Notes: generated by a model not told the origin, from the sequence alone. DNA of 64,000 bases from an uncultured Planctomycetota bacterium (GCA_963823665.1 CAWGMQ010000006.1:1762597-1826596), one strand, 5' to 3'. Positions 31,838-42,992 are shown, counted from the first letter of the stretch. Made by a program: numbers and translations.

Positions 31838-34114
31838 TCATTCCACAGGCAAACGAGCGAACAGATCGGCAAGGGTTGCTTCGTAGTGTTTCCACCGCGC
31901 CAGTGACCGGCGATAGAGCGACTGGCGGACTTGCGTCACGCTGGCGGTTTGTACTGGTCGGACCGTTTGATGGAAGCGACCGCAGGCCGGCTCCCACTCC
32001 AGGCCGCACGCGGCCAGCAGGCGCCGGGCCTCGGTGTCGAAGTCATCGACCAGGTGTTCGTAAACCACCTCATGCACCGGCACCGGCAACACGGTGCGCC
32101 AGTACTGCATCAGCCGTGCGTAATCACGGCAGCGGCCGGCCAGATGCTTGCGATCGTTGGTCCAGCGAATGGTGCGGAAATCGGTCATCCAGCACGAGAC
32201 CGCGACATCGCGCAGGTCACGGCGAACGTGGATGAAGGTCGCCCGGGGGAACAAGAGTGCCACCAGGCCCAGATAGAGGTAATTGTCCGGCAGCTTGTCC
32301 ACGATCCGATCCTTGGCCGCGCCTGGTCCGACGGTGGGGAGGGTCCGGAGCAGCGCCTCGAGGCCGTCGCGGTGACGCCGGGTCAGTTGCCGCACGGCCC
32401 CCGTATCGAGGGCTTCCAGGCAGGGCAGCATCTGGTCGGGGCGGCCCAGTAGCTCGGGTATGGACACGAATTCCGCGTGGGCCAGGCCCAATTCGCCGGC
32501 GCCATGCACCCGCGAATGACTGGCCAGTACCTGCTCGACCAGCGTGGTGCCGGAGCGCGGCATGCCGAAGACGAACAGCGGCTGCCGGGTGTCGTCGCCT
32601 GCCCCTGCCAGGCGATCGAAGAGTTGCGGCGTGAAGCCCGCGATGATCCGGTCGACCAGTGCCGCATGCCCGTCGGGGTTGTAGTGTTTCCCCTGCTTGC
32701 GGCGCTGCGCAAGCGCCAGGGCATTGGCCTGTTCCAGGCAGTCGGCGGCCGCGGCGTACGCGCCCTGGGCGTCCAGCACCTGGGCCAGGCCGAACAGCAA
32801 GCTGCGACGCGCCGGCGAGCGAGGCGGTAGACTCCGATCGTCGGCGCGGCCGCGGCCGCTTCGCCCGAGCTGGGTTTCGATCGCGTCGCGGTCGATGTCG
32901 GGCAACTTGCCGCGGAGCAGCAACGCCAACCGAGCGAGCGGCCCCGGTGCCCGGGGATAGAGCGCCTGGGCCCGGCGATACCACGCCTCGGCCTCGGCCA
33001 TATCCCCCAGCTCCTCGTGCAGGCCGCCACTGTTCAGGAGCGCATCCACATATTGTGGTTGCAGTTCAAGGGCCCGGCGATAGCAGGCGGCGGCCTCGGC
33101 GAACCGGCCCTCCTGTTGCAGCGCCCGGCCCAGATGGTTGTGCCCCGGGGAGTGCGTGGGATTCAGCTCGACGACCCGTTGCCAGCACGACAGCGCGGCG
33201 GCGCGGTCCTCGTCGGCGTCATGGGCGTTGGCCAGGTACTGCCACATCGCGGCATCGTCCGGAGCCAGCTCGACGGCACGGCGGAAGCCGGCATAGGCGT
33301 CGGCGCGCTTGCCTTCCAGGAACAAGGCCAGGCCGCGGTTGGCGTGGACCCGCGCCAGCTCACCCGGTCGCTCCTGGATCAAGCTCGCGGCGCGGAGGGC
33401 CTCGTCGTAGGCCGCCTGCGCTTCGCTCCAGCGTTCCAGGGCACGGTACGCGTTGCCCAGGTTGTTGAGTGCGGCCGGCCTTCGGGGCTCGAGGCGGACG
33501 GCCTCCTGGCAGTGCGTCAGGCCCTCCTCGGCTTCGCCCTGATCCACCAGCATCGCGCCGAGGTTGCTGCGGGCCAGGGGCAGGTTGGGATCGAGCGCGA
33601 CCGCGGCGCGATACGCCCGGAGAGCCTCGCCGAGCTGACCCAGCTCGTGGAGAGACGTACCGAGGTTGTTCCGGGCCAGGGCGAAATCGGCACGCATCTC
33701 CAGCGCGGCGCGGAACTGCGCGACGGCCTCGGCAAACTGGCCCAGCGCATGCAGCGCGAGGCCGAGGTTGTTGGCCGCCTCGGGGTAGGCCTGTCGCAGT
33801 CTCAGGGCGGTCCGGCAGCAGTCAATGGCCTGTTGGTGCTGGCCGAGCGAGCGGTGGGCCTCGGCCAGGTTGGCGTGGTAAACGGCGGTATCGGGTTGCA
33901 GAGCCACCGCCCGGCCGATCAGCTCGACGGCGCGGGCAAAATACCCGTTCTGGTAATGCAGGACGCCAAAAAGGTGCAGGGCCTCGGCCTGGTCGGGCTG
34001 CCGGACGAGCAGGGTGTGATAAGACCGCGCGGCGTCGGCGAAGCGACCCTCCTGATGGAACTGCCAGGCGGTCGCGAGGTCGGAAGTGACCACGGTCGTC
34101 GCTCCGTGACTCAT
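31838..34114 (-). CDS. TPR-repeat sulfotransferase (Sulfotransfer_3-type)
   Basis: Many TPRs ('NNLG.AL'). PAPS-binding motifs 5'-PSB 'FVFGMPRSGTTLVEQVL' and 3'-PB 'RRDLRDVAVSCW'; also 'DKLP' and 'TASVTQVRQ'. Confidence 0.92.
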   Translation of the reverse strand: MSHGATTVVTSDLATAWQFHQEGRFADAARSYHTLLVRQPDQAEALHLFGVLHYQNGYFARAVELIGRAVALQPDTAVYHANLAEAHRSLGQHQQAIDCCRTALRLRQAYPEAANNLGLALHALGQFAEAVAQFRAALEMRADFALARNNLGTSLHELGQLGEALRAYRAAVALDPNLPLARSNLGAMLVDQGEAEEGLTHCQEAVRLEPRRPAALNNLGNAYRALERWSEAQAAYDEALRAASLIQERPGELARVHANRGLALFLEGKRADAYAGFRRAVELAPDDAAMWQYLANAHDADEDRAAALSCWQRVVELNPTHSPGHNHLGRALQQEGRFAEAAACYRRALELQPQYVDALLNSGGLHEELGDMAEAEAWYRRAQALYPRAPGPLARLALLLRGKLPDIDRDAIETQLGRSGRGRADDRSLPPRSPARRSLLFGLAQVLDAQGAYAAAADCLEQANALALAQRRKQGKHYNPDGHAALVDRIIAGFTPQLFDRLAGAGDDTRQPLFVFGMPRSGTTLVEQVLASHSRVHGAGELGLAHAEFVSIPELLGRPDQMLPCLEALDTGAVRQLTRRHRDGLEALLRTLPTVGPGAAKDRIVDKLPDNYLYLGLVALLFPRATFIHVRRDLRDVAVSCWMTDFRTIRWTNDRKHLAGRCRDYARLMQYWRTVLPVPVHEVVYEHLVDDFDTEARRLLAACGLEWEPACGRFHQTVRPVQTASVTQVRQSLYRRSLARWKHYEATLADLFARLPVE

Positions 34115-34151
34115 CTCTGAGTTGGTGAATCTGACTTCCCGTTGTTGCTAG

Positions 34152-34322
34152 TACTGCGGGCCGACCGCGATCCTCGACTGGGTCCTCTCAAAAGTCTCGA
34201 ACTTGCCAAATTTGGCCTTGCGGCGGTATTTAAGGCTAGCAAGTGGGGTACTCGGGTTGAGGGGGCCGAATTCCGCGCGGAAGACCCCGGAGACGTGTCC
34301 CAACTCGTTGAATCCCGCTGTC
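34152..34322. promoter_or_regulatory. Divergent promoter-like motif pair, cassette 1
   Basis: Minus: AGTC-N18-GCAGTA (34152-34179). Plus: TGTC-N17-GCTGTC (34296-34322, degenerate). Confidence 0.5.
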
Positions 34323-34333
34323 CAGAACTTAAG

Positions 34334-34505
34334 ATGATCGAGATGTCGCCACCTCCAGGGCAGGTCTCCGGACTTGTCGCACGCGCCGCGGCAGGCGACC
34401 GGGCTGCGATCCTCGAGCTGCTCGAGCGCAAGATGCAGCTCGAGGACGCGCTCAACCGGATGGATCCGCTCGACCGCGAGATCCTCGTGCTGCGGCACTT
34501 CGACC
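34334..34505 (+). pseudogene. ECF sigma factor copy 1, internally deleted and 3'-truncated
   Basis: 'MIEMSPPPGQVSGLVARAAAGDRAAILELLER|KMQLEDALNRMDPLDREILVLRHF' equals copy 2 minus 345 bp. Confidence 0.9.
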
Positions 34506-34605
34506 CGATCTCCGGTCCCGACGGTTTTATTCGACCGCCTTCGGCGCATTGCCCGCCGCTCGTCCCGACCGCGTGCGTTCTGTCGCGACTTTCCGGGGTT
34601 ATGGC

Positions 34606-35526
34606 TCAGCACACGCTCTTGGTCCGACCCAAAAGACAAGATGACGAGGCGGAACGATTGTCCGGTAACGTGATTGGCGATCCGTCATCCGAGGATCTTG
34701 TCAAGCGGCACGGGCGGCGCGCTGATCTCGCGCATCGCGACCGTGCGAGGGCCAGAATCGCGACCGCGGTTGTGCCCAAGACCAGGGTTGAGGGCTCGGG
34801 GACGGAGGCGATCCGCAAGTTGTCGAACGTTACGTCCACGGCACTGGTCGACCCCATTTGGGCCGAAGCTACGACACCGCTGAAACCGGAAGTATACGTC
34901 GTGTCCGTCGCAGTCACGGTGGCCAAGGCCACGCCCGGTGCGCTCAGGTCGAACAGGCTCGCCGACAGGTTCGCGCCCACCCCTGTGAAACTAATCTGGT
35001 ACGACTGAGTCGGGTCGAGCGTCACCGCGACGTCAGAGATGTCGGTCGCGATCTCGTTGGTGATCCGTTCGATGACCAGGAGGCCCGTGTTCCCACCGTT
35101 GCCCGCCGTGAGGTAGAGGGCGACGTAACCGTCGGAGGTGCCGAGGCCGAGGTTGCTCGTTCGCCCCCCCACGCCGAAGGCTTCGCCCAGCGTGTCGTTC
35201 CAGCCCACGATGTCGGCCGAGGTCGAGAAGTTGGTGAGCGACACCGCGGTGTCGATGCTGTACAGCCGCGCCTGGCCGATGACCGGGACCAGTGCCGACG
35301 GCACGCCGGGCGAGGCGAGTTCGTAGCCGTAGTTGCCCGGCGCGAGCAGGGGAAACGTGAAGGAGCCGCCCGGCTGGCCGGCGACCCCTGCGAGCGGGTT
35401 GAAGCGGGTCAGTCCCGCGTCGCTCTGGTTGTTGAAGTCGAACAGGATACCGGCCCGGGCTTCGCCGGCCAAGGCCAGGCCGATGATCAGAGCGAGCGGC
35501 GTCGCGAACGTCTTGGCACATCTCAT
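34606..35526 (-). CDS. PEP-CTERM secreted protein
   Basis: Signal peptide '...ARAG', 'VTFDNL', 'SVPEPSTLVL' plus TM segment and basic residues; AGAGG RBS. Confidence 0.85.
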   Translation of the reverse strand: MRCAKTFATPLALIIGLALAGEARAGILFDFNNQSDAGLTRFNPLAGVAGQPGGSFTFPLLAPGNYGYELASPGVPSALVPVIGQARLYSIDTAVSLTNFSTSADIVGWNDTLGEAFGVGGRTSNLGLGTSDGYVALYLTAGNGGNTGLLVIERITNEIATDISDVAVTLDPTQSYQISFTGVGANLSASLFDLSAPGVALATVTATDTTYTSGFSGVVASAQMGSTSAVDVTFDNLRIASVPEPSTLVLGTTAVAILALARSRCARSARRPCRLTRSSDDGSPITLPDNRSASSSCLLGRTKSVC

Positions 35527-35597
35527 GTCGTAACCTCTTTGGTCTGCGAGTCACAAATCTCGCCGAGTTGTTGGGCTTCACTTCCCCCTGCTGTCAA

Positions 35598-35771
35598 TAC
35601 TCCGGACCGACCGCGATTCTGGACTGAATTCCGTCAAAAAGACCTTTGCGGCGCCATATTTGGCCGCGAGGCGACATCTAAGGCTCCATTGTGCGATCCC
35701 GGGCTGACGAGAGCCCTATTCCGCGCGGAAGGCTGCGGAGACGTGTCGCCAACTCGTTGAAACCCGGAGTA
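35598..35771. promoter_or_regulatory. Divergent promoter-like motif pair, cassette 2
   Basis: Minus: AGTC-N18-GGAGTA (35598-35625). Plus: TGTC-N18-GGAGTA (35744-35771). Confidence 0.55.
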
Positions 35772-35782
35772 TAGAGCTTAAG

Positions 35783-36436
35783 ATGAGCGACATGTCACCA
35801 CCGCCGGGACAGGTGCCGGACTTAGTCGCGCGCGCCGCGTCGGGCGACCGCGCCGCTATTGTCGAGCTGCTGGAGCGGTATCGCGGGCGGCTGCGGCGGA
35901 TGGTGGCGATGCGCATGGATCCCAGGCTGCGCGGCCGCGTCGACGCGTCGGATGTCATCCAGGAGGGTTACCTCGAAGCCATGAACCGGCTCGAGGAGTT
36001 CATCCGGGACCCGTCCGTGCCGTTCTACATCTGGCTGCGGTTCCTGGTCGGCCAGCGGTTGCAGAAACAGCATCGCCACCACCTCGGGACAACAGGCCGC
36101 GACGTTGGCCGCGAGGTTTCGATTTATCGGGGCGCGATGCCCGGCGCCAGCACAGGGGCCATCGCCGCCCGGCTCCTCGGCAAGCTGACGAGCCCCAGCC
36201 AGGCGGCGCGAAGGGCCGAGCGCAAGATGCAGCTCCAGAACGCGCTCAATCAGATGGATCCACTCGACCGCGAGATCCTCGTGTTGCGGCACTATGAGCA
36301 GATGTCGAACGTTAACGCGGCGGCCGCACTGGGGCTGAACGAATCAGCGGCCAGCAAACGCTACACACGGGCGCTCGAGCGGCTCAGGGAGATCATGGCC
36401 GCCTTGCCCGGGGGGATCTCCGAGGACATCCCATGA
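35783..36436 (+). CDS. ECF sigma-70 factor (planctomycete kinase-associated type), copy 2
   Basis: 'RYRGRLRRMV...RVDASDVIQE...FYIWLR...TSPSQAA...DREILVLRHYE...AASKRYTRAL'. Its stop overlaps the kinase start (ATGA). Confidence 0.92.
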   Translation: MSDMSPPPGQVPDLVARAASGDRAAIVELLERYRGRLRRMVAMRMDPRLRGRVDASDVIQEGYLEAMNRLEEFIRDPSVPFYIWLRFLVGQRLQKQHRHHLGTTGRDVGREVSIYRGAMPGASTGAIAARLLGKLTSPSQAARRAERKMQLQNALNQMDPLDREILVLRHYEQMSNVNAAAALGLNESAASKRYTRALERLREIMAALPGGISEDIP

Positions 36437-39400
36437 ACGCGCCAGTCGGCGATCGCGATCCGTTCGAGATCGTTGCCGAGGCGTTTCTCGCGCGGTTCCG
36501 GGCCGGGGAGCGGCCCAGCGTGAACGATTACGCCGCAGAGCACCCCGAGCTGGCCGACCAGATCCGCCGGCTGCTGCCGGCACTGGTGATGATCGAGCGG
36601 GACGTGTCGATTGCCGAAGAGCCCGCCCTCGACCCCACCGAAGTGAGGGACCTGGCGGGCCCAAAGCCGGGCGACTCGCGACTCCTGGGCGACTACCGGA
36701 TCGTCCGAGAGATCGGCCGGGGGGGCATGGGGCTCGTGTACGAAGCGCAGCAAATCTCGCTGGGACGGCGCGTGGCTTTGAAGGTGCTCCCCCGCCACGT
36801 GCTGCGCGACCACAAGGCGCTGCAACGGTTCCATCGCGAGGCCAAGGCCGCCGCGCGGTTGCACCACACGAACATCGTGCCTGTCTTCGACGTCGGGCAG
36901 GAAGGTGAGCACGCCTTCTACACAATGCAGTTCATCGCAGGCCAGGCACTCGACCAGGTTATCGACGAGCTGGTGCGGCTCCGGAATCGCGTCGATCGGA
37001 ATCCGCTCGAGAACGGCATGGGCGGGCGGAGGGATGCGTCGAGCGGCATGCGAACCGCGGCCACGGTGGCGGACGGCCCGCGAGGTGCCAGGCTAGGGCA
37101 AGTCGCCGAGTCCCTCCTGGACGGCCGGCTGGCGACCGGAGGGATGAAATCGGCCCCGGGCGGAACCGAGCGAATCACCGAAATTGCGATGACCGAGCCG
37201 GTCGAACCGGCAGTACCCCGCTCGACCGTGCTGCCGGGCGGCGCTACGCTCTCGCTGGTCGAATCCGCCTCGCGTCGCCAGCCATACTTCCGAAGTGTCG
37301 CGCAGATCGGCCGCCAGGTGGCACAGGGGCTCTCGCACGCGCACTCGCGCGGCATCGTGCACCGCGACATCAAGCCGTCAAACCTTTTGCTCGATACCGC
37401 GGGCGTTGTCTGGATTACCGACTTCGGCCTGGCCAAGGCCGAGGAAGACGGATTGACGGTTACCGGCGACATCCTGGGGACACTGCGCTACATGGCGCCG
37501 GAGCGGTTCAGCGGCACAGGAGACGCACGCAGCGATGTTTACTCGTTGGGCTTGACGCTCTACGAATTGCTCACCCTGCGGCCCGCCTTCGAGACGTCCG
37601 ACCGGCTCCGGCTCATCGAGGAAATCAAATCCAAAGATGCAGAGCGTCTCCGTTCGATCGACGGCCGAATTCCTCGGGACCTGGAAACGATCGTTCGCAA
37701 GGCGATCGACAAGGACCCGGCGCGGCGGTATTCGTCGGCAGAAGCCATGGCCGAGGACCTTCGACGGTTCCTGGACAATGAGACAATCCGCGCGCGACAG
37801 AGCAGCAGCGTCGAGCGCGTACTGGCGCTGGGCACGCCGTAATCCCTGGATCGCCACGCTGGGCGCGGCGCTCGCAACACTGCTCCTGGCCGTGACGATC
37901 GCTTCGCTCATCGCGGTGGGCCGGTTTGCCGATCTGGCCACGCGTCAGGAGAACTCAGCGGCGGCAGAGCGATCGTCGCGCGTGGCGGCCGAGGCCGAAA
38001 CTTACCGGGCGATGCTCAGCGAGGTCAGAGCGCTGCGAGCCGGTCGCCCGCTGGGCTGGCGCGACGGCGCCCTGGGCAACCTGGCCCGGATGACCAGGGC
38101 AACGACTCCGCGCCGCGATCTGGCCGAGCTTCGAAGCGAGGCGGTCGCCTGTCTCGGCGAGTTCGACATTGTCGAAGTGGCGCGGCTGGAAAAGCGCGAG
38201 CAGCGGCTTTGGTCGCTTGCCTTCAGCCCTGACTCCCAGACCCTGGTCACTGCAACTCTCAACGGAGACGTCGACCTCTGGGACGTAACGCGCAAGTGCC
38301 ATCTCTGGCACGCCGCGGATCCGGCCGGCCAGATTCGGCCCAAAAACTGGCCGTCCATCGACGACCCGCTCATCAAGACTGTGTTCCTGCCGGACGGCAC
38401 TTTGGGTCGGACTGCCTGGAGCCATCGCATTGAATTCCTTGACGCCAAGGGCCGGCCGACCGGTCGTCCGCCATTGAGCGGCGGTAAGGCCCAAGCGACT
38501 GGGCTGGAAACTGATCGCACGGGCCGTCGCCTTGCCGTCGGGTGGGATGACGGCCGCATCGAGATCCACGATGCGGGCATGGGTATCGTTCGAACGATCG
38601 CCGGGAGCAGGCCCGATCTCAGGATCTTTGCAATGAGTCCAGACGGCCGGTGGCTGGCTCATCGTGGTCCGAACGATTCCGTCCAGATCCGTTCGATCGA
38701 ATCCGAGGCACCGCCGGTGACGCTCGGGCGACATCGTGGTGAGATCACGTCTCTTACCTTCAGCCCCGACGGCAACACCCTGGCCAGCACATCCTGGGAC
38801 CACTCGGCGCGGCTGTGGGACGTAGCTCGCCGCGACGAACTCATGGCGCTCTACGGGCACAACGAAACGGTGACGAGCCTCGCATTCAGCCCCGATGGCA
38901 ACTGGATCGCCACCACGAGCCGAGACTATTCCGTGCGAATCTGGGAAGCCAGAACCGGCGAGACTTTGTCCTTGTTGCCGGGGCTGTGGTTCCGGCAAGT
39001 CGTCGCGTTCAGCCCCGACGGCCGTTATCTGGCGGTTGACGAGATTTCCAGATTTGGGACCGCCGCGCGCGCTCGACTTTACGAGCTCAGAGGCCGCCGC
39101 GCGCGGCGGCTGCTTGCCGGCCACTTGAATGGAGCCGAATGCCTTGCAGCGCACCCCGTCCTGCCCCGGTTCGCTTCGGGAGCCGACGATCATTGCGTCA
39201 TCGTCTGGGACGCGGAGACGGGCCGTGCGCTAGAGCACTGGAGGGCCCACGTGCGGTTTGTCGGCGCGGTGGCGTACAGTCCCGATGGCAGCTTGCTCGC
39301 CACTGGACAAGGCGACCAGTCTTGCGAAGTTAAACTCTGGGATTCCGCGACCGGCTCGTTGCGCCATACCCTCATGGGCCACGCAGCGCGCGTGTTTGCC

Positions 39401-40156
39401 ATGACGTTCGACCACGCGGGCCGCCGGCTCGCCAGCGTGGACGGAAATGGAGTGCTGGTGATCTGGGACGTGAACACGGGGCACATACTGCGCCGCGAGC
39501 CCGAGGGAACAGACATGGTTCGCGCAGTCGCCATCACGGAGGGAGATCGGTACGTTGTCACCGGTACGGGCTCGGGTCTCATTGTCTACGATCTGGATGG
39601 GAACGCACCGCCTCGAGTCATCCCGATTCCGCGGGGCGCGCGCGAATTCGTGATCGATCGCACGCGCGATGATCTGATTGTCGCGGGCGCCGACGGTGCG
39701 CTCTCGCGAGTCTCGCTCCGCACTTTCGCCGCCGGCGAGCGGCTCGAGGCCGCGCACGACGGCGCGATCGAAGCGATCGCAATCTCCGGCGACGGACGGA
39801 TGCTGGCGACAGGAGGCAGAACGGACGGCCAGGTTTTTCTCCGCGATGCGCAGAGCTTCGACCTGCTCTTCGCCCTACCGCCGCGGACCGGGATCGTCAA
39901 GGACCTGGAGTTCGACGCTACCGGTCGATGGTTGGCGATGGCCGGCGCCGCTGCCGACATCACGCTCTGGGATCTGAACCTGCTTCACGAAGAGCTCGCC
40001 GCGATCGGTCTGGCCTGGGACCAACCGGCGGCCCCGATCGGGCCCGCGGCGAATCTGGCGGAAATCGCCGAGCGCGAAAGGCCAAATGTTCCGACCGTAT
40101 GGCCCGGTAATCACGACCCTACCGAAATCGATGCAGCCAAGGGGCTTTCTCAATGA
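36433..40156 (+). CDS. Ser/Thr kinase + TM + WD40 repeats; frameshift near 37815
   Basis: 'IGRGGMGLVY', 'VALK', 'HRDIKPSN', 'DFGLA', 'GTLRYMAPE', 'WARRNP' plus TM segment, then multiple 'GH...LAFSPDG...WD' repeats. Confidence 0.9.
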
Positions 40157-40257
40157 AGAGGCCTCGCCCGCCGACCGCGAGCAACTCGAAGCGCGGGTCG
40201 TACGATACCTGAGGAGGCTGTTCAGGCGAACCGTCGCTTCAAGCATTTCCTCTCGAG

Positions 40258-42630
40258 CTAGGCTGGCTCAAGCGGGCGTCCGAAGCTGCGAAGTTGCGCG
40301 ACCCGGAAGCCGTGGCGGCGAGCCGAATCGCGCAGGCGGCACAGACTCTCCGCCGTCAGGTCGGTACCAAGGCTGGAGTTTTGGAGATGCCCGTCCAAGG
40401 CCAGCAACATCGTCTCGGCCATGCAGGCATAAGCCAGCCCGGGTCCGAGCCCGAACCGACCGAGGTGAGGGCGGCCGGGGACTTCGATAATCCCGCCATC
40501 AATGATGAGCACATCGGGCCGCGCGATAGCGACTTCGGGGCCAACATTCGCCGGCCGCGACAGGTCGCAAACGACGGCCCCGGCCCGGAGCGATCCTGGG
40601 TTGATGATCGACCCGGTGGCGCTGGTGGCAGTGACAACCAGATCGGCCGACGGCAGGACCTCGTCGACCGCTGTGGTCAGCATCAGGGCGCCCCGACGCT
40701 CCAGGCGGCCGACGAGCGCCGCGAACGCCTCGGCCGAGGCGTCAGGGTCGGGCGCCCCGCGGCACTCCGCCAGGAATCGGGCGAACAGCGAGCCCGAGAC
40801 GAAGCTGCACCCTTGGCGGTAGCCCGTGGTCAGGTGCCGGCAGATGTCGGCGGCGACCGCCAGCAGCCGGCGGCGGATTGCGGCCGGGTCGCGGTCGGGG
40901 TTGCCGACGAGCGTGAGGCGGCCGACGTTTTCGGCGAGGAGCAGGGCAACCGCCCGCCCAATCGCCCCGCCCGCCCCGACAATCGTGGCTCGCGTAGCGG
41001 CGCCGAAGTAGCCGCCGAGGGCTACCACGGCTATCGCCGCCGCCTGGACCGATGACACGGCCGTGAACGAGTTCCCCGTGGTTACCGGGATCCCTTCCCG
41101 CGACACGTCGAGGCCACCCCGGGTGGCGATCGACGTGAACGCACCCAGCCCAACGAGCTGGGCGCCGCGCGACCGGGCTAACCCCAGCGCGGCCCGAACG
41201 CCTGCGACCGCCTTACGACGTGGCATTGCTGCCATTTGCGCGGCGGTCCAGGGTAGCGCGATGAACTCGCCGAAGATCTTCTGGCCGCCCGCGGACGTGA
41301 TCCGAGCCCGGCTGACAACGAACGGCTCGAGCAGGCCCGCAACGTCGCGGCCGACCGTCCGAAGCTCGTCCGAGTCCAGTACTTTGAGCGATGGGTCAAA
41401 GTCAGCGATGTTCGCGAAGACGGGCGTGAACAGGCCCTGTTCTGCGACCGCGCCCAGCAGGCTGTCGGGCCACAGATCGCGATTGACGCGGAACCGGACG
41501 CCTAGCATATACCCTCGTCCGCGAATTTCGGCGATCAGGTGCGGGTAACGGCGCGCCAGGGCCCCGAGCCGGCGACGCAGCCGCCGGCCGTTACGTGCGA
41601 CCCGGCGGACAAGTCGGCGGTTGTCGCGGGTTAGCAGCTCCAGCGTCGCAAGGCCGGCGCGGCACGCCAGGGCGTTTCCGGCAAAGGTAGAGGAGTGCTT
41701 CATTGCGAAGGTTGACGTGTATGCCGCCTCGGAGCAGAGCACCGCTCCGATCGGAACCAAGCCGCCGCCAAGCGCCTTGGCGAGCGCCATCACGTCTGGA
41801 ACCACTCCCTCGGCCTCGCACGCAAAGAGGGCCCCGGTGCGCCCCAGGCCGGACTGGATCTCGTCCAAGACGAGCAGGACGCCCGCATCACGGCAGATCG
41901 CACGCGCCTCTGCCAGGTACCCGCGGGGAGGCTCCACAATACCGCCTTCGCCCTGGATCGGCTCGACGAGGAACGCGGCGTAATGCGCCGGCCGCTCGGC
42001 GAGGGCGAGCCGCAGCGCGACGGCGTCTCCAAACGGAATCGCGTCGAAGTGTGGGGCGGGCGCCCCGAAGTCCTTCTGGTATTCGGCGTTGCCAGTCGCG
42101 GAGAGCGCCCCGAGCGTTTTGCCATGGAAGCTGCGGTCGGTTGATAAGATACCGAGGCGTCCCGTGGCGGCGCGGCAGAGCTTGATCGCTACCTCGATGG
42201 CCTCGGCGCCGCTGTTCGTGAATGTCACTCGCTCGAGGCCCTGTGGAGCGATCTCCACCAATCGTGCCGCGAGCTCCCCTGCGGGACCGACCAGCGAGGG
42301 TTGTACGAAGCTGGGCTCGCGTCGGTCGCGCACGCCCTCAAGCGCTCGCCAGATCGCGGCAGGGTTGAAGCCAAACGGCAGGGCGCCGTAGGCGGCGATG
42401 CAATCCAGGTAACGCCGACCCTCGTCGTCATAAAGTTCAGTTCCTTTCCCCCGCGCGAAATGCTTATCGAGGCGGATCCTGCCGAGGAGATCGGCCAGGT
42501 AGGGGTTGACGTGGCGGGCGAAGGGATGGGCCTCACTGAGGCCGCCGGATTCGTCCATCGGGCTAATGGAGGATGAGGAAAGCGGGCTGATTTGATCACC
42601 GTTCGGCTTCCCTGTAGGTGCGGTTTTCAT
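40258..42630 (-). CDS. Class III PLP aminotransferase fused to an acyl-ACP-reductase-like (COG5322) domain, TamH-like; probable internal deletion near 41410
   Basis: Aminotransferase: 'NSGAEA', 'FHGKT', 'EPIQGEGG', 'DEIQSGLGRTG', 'AKALGGG'. Reductase: 'VGLGAFTS', 'TTGNSFTA', 'VGAGGAIG', 'CDLSRP', 'YACMAETMLLAL', 'RHGF'. Confidence 0.8.
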   Translation of the reverse strand: MKTAPTGKPNGDQISPLSSSSISPMDESGGLSEAHPFARHVNPYLADLLGRIRLDKHFARGKGTELYDDEGRRYLDCIAAYGALPFGFNPAAIWRALEGVRDRREPSFVQPSLVGPAGELAARLVEIAPQGLERVTFTNSGAEAIEVAIKLCRAATGRLGILSTDRSFHGKTLGALSATGNAEYQKDFGAPAPHFDAIPFGDAVALRLALAERPAHYAAFLVEPIQGEGGIVEPPRGYLAEARAICRDAGVLLVLDEIQSGLGRTGALFACEAEGVVPDVMALAKALGGGLVPIGAVLCSEAAYTSTFAMKHSSTFAGNALACRAGLATLELLTRDNRRLVRRVARNGRRLRRRLGALARRYPHLIAEIRGRGYMLGVRFRVNRDLWPDSLLGAVAEQGLFTPVFANIADFDPSLKVLDSDELRTVGRDVAGLLEPFVVSRARITSAGGQKIFGEFIALPWTAAQMAAMPRRKAVAGVRAALGLARSRGAQLVGLGAFTSIATRGGLDVSREGIPVTTGNSFTAVSSVQAAAIAVVALGGYFGAATRATIVGAGGAIGRAVALLLAENVGRLTLVGNPDRDPAAIRRRLLAVAADICRHLTTGYRQGCSFVSGSLFARFLAECRGAPDPDASAEAFAALVGRLERRGALMLTTAVDEVLPSADLVVTATSATGSIINPGSLRAGAVVCDLSRPANVGPEVAIARPDVLIIDGGIIEVPGRPHLGRFGLGPGLAYACMAETMLLALDGHLQNSSLGTDLTAESLCRLRDSARRHGFRVAQLRSFGRPLEPA

Positions 42631-42992
42631 CGGAGGCGTTCTCTTTCTGAGCAGGTCTGGACGAGCCGGAGCGCGCAGATTTCGGCGGCCGCCACGTTCA
42701 TCCGCATTTCCCGCTGCGTTTGTTAGCCCGCAGGCCGGCCGGCTCGTCAGTGTCGTCCGGCGCCGAACCAGGGCAGAAGAGCGGCGCCCGCAGCGGAATG
42801 AGCAAACGGCGAATCGCGCTCGCTCGCCGAGAGTTAGCCCGACAGAACGTTGACTGTCACACTCTCGGAATGGCTGCCGTCGGTCCTCTCCTCGACAGGA
42901 GATTCGGGTTGCTGAGCGTCTTGGCGATCAGTGACCCGATATCCCTTATCCGCGCGCCGATCAGAAAGCGTGACTGCCCGTCTTACTACTCA

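Noticed and set aside
34142..35008. 288 aa plus-strand ORF as a real gene
   Set aside because: It consists of promoter DNA, the ECF remnant, and the antisense of the PEP-CTERM gene.
34334..36436. Diversity-generating retroelement (short ECF copy as template repeat)
   Set aside because: No reverse transcriptase in the window, differences are not adenine-specific, and the short copy is explained by deletion.
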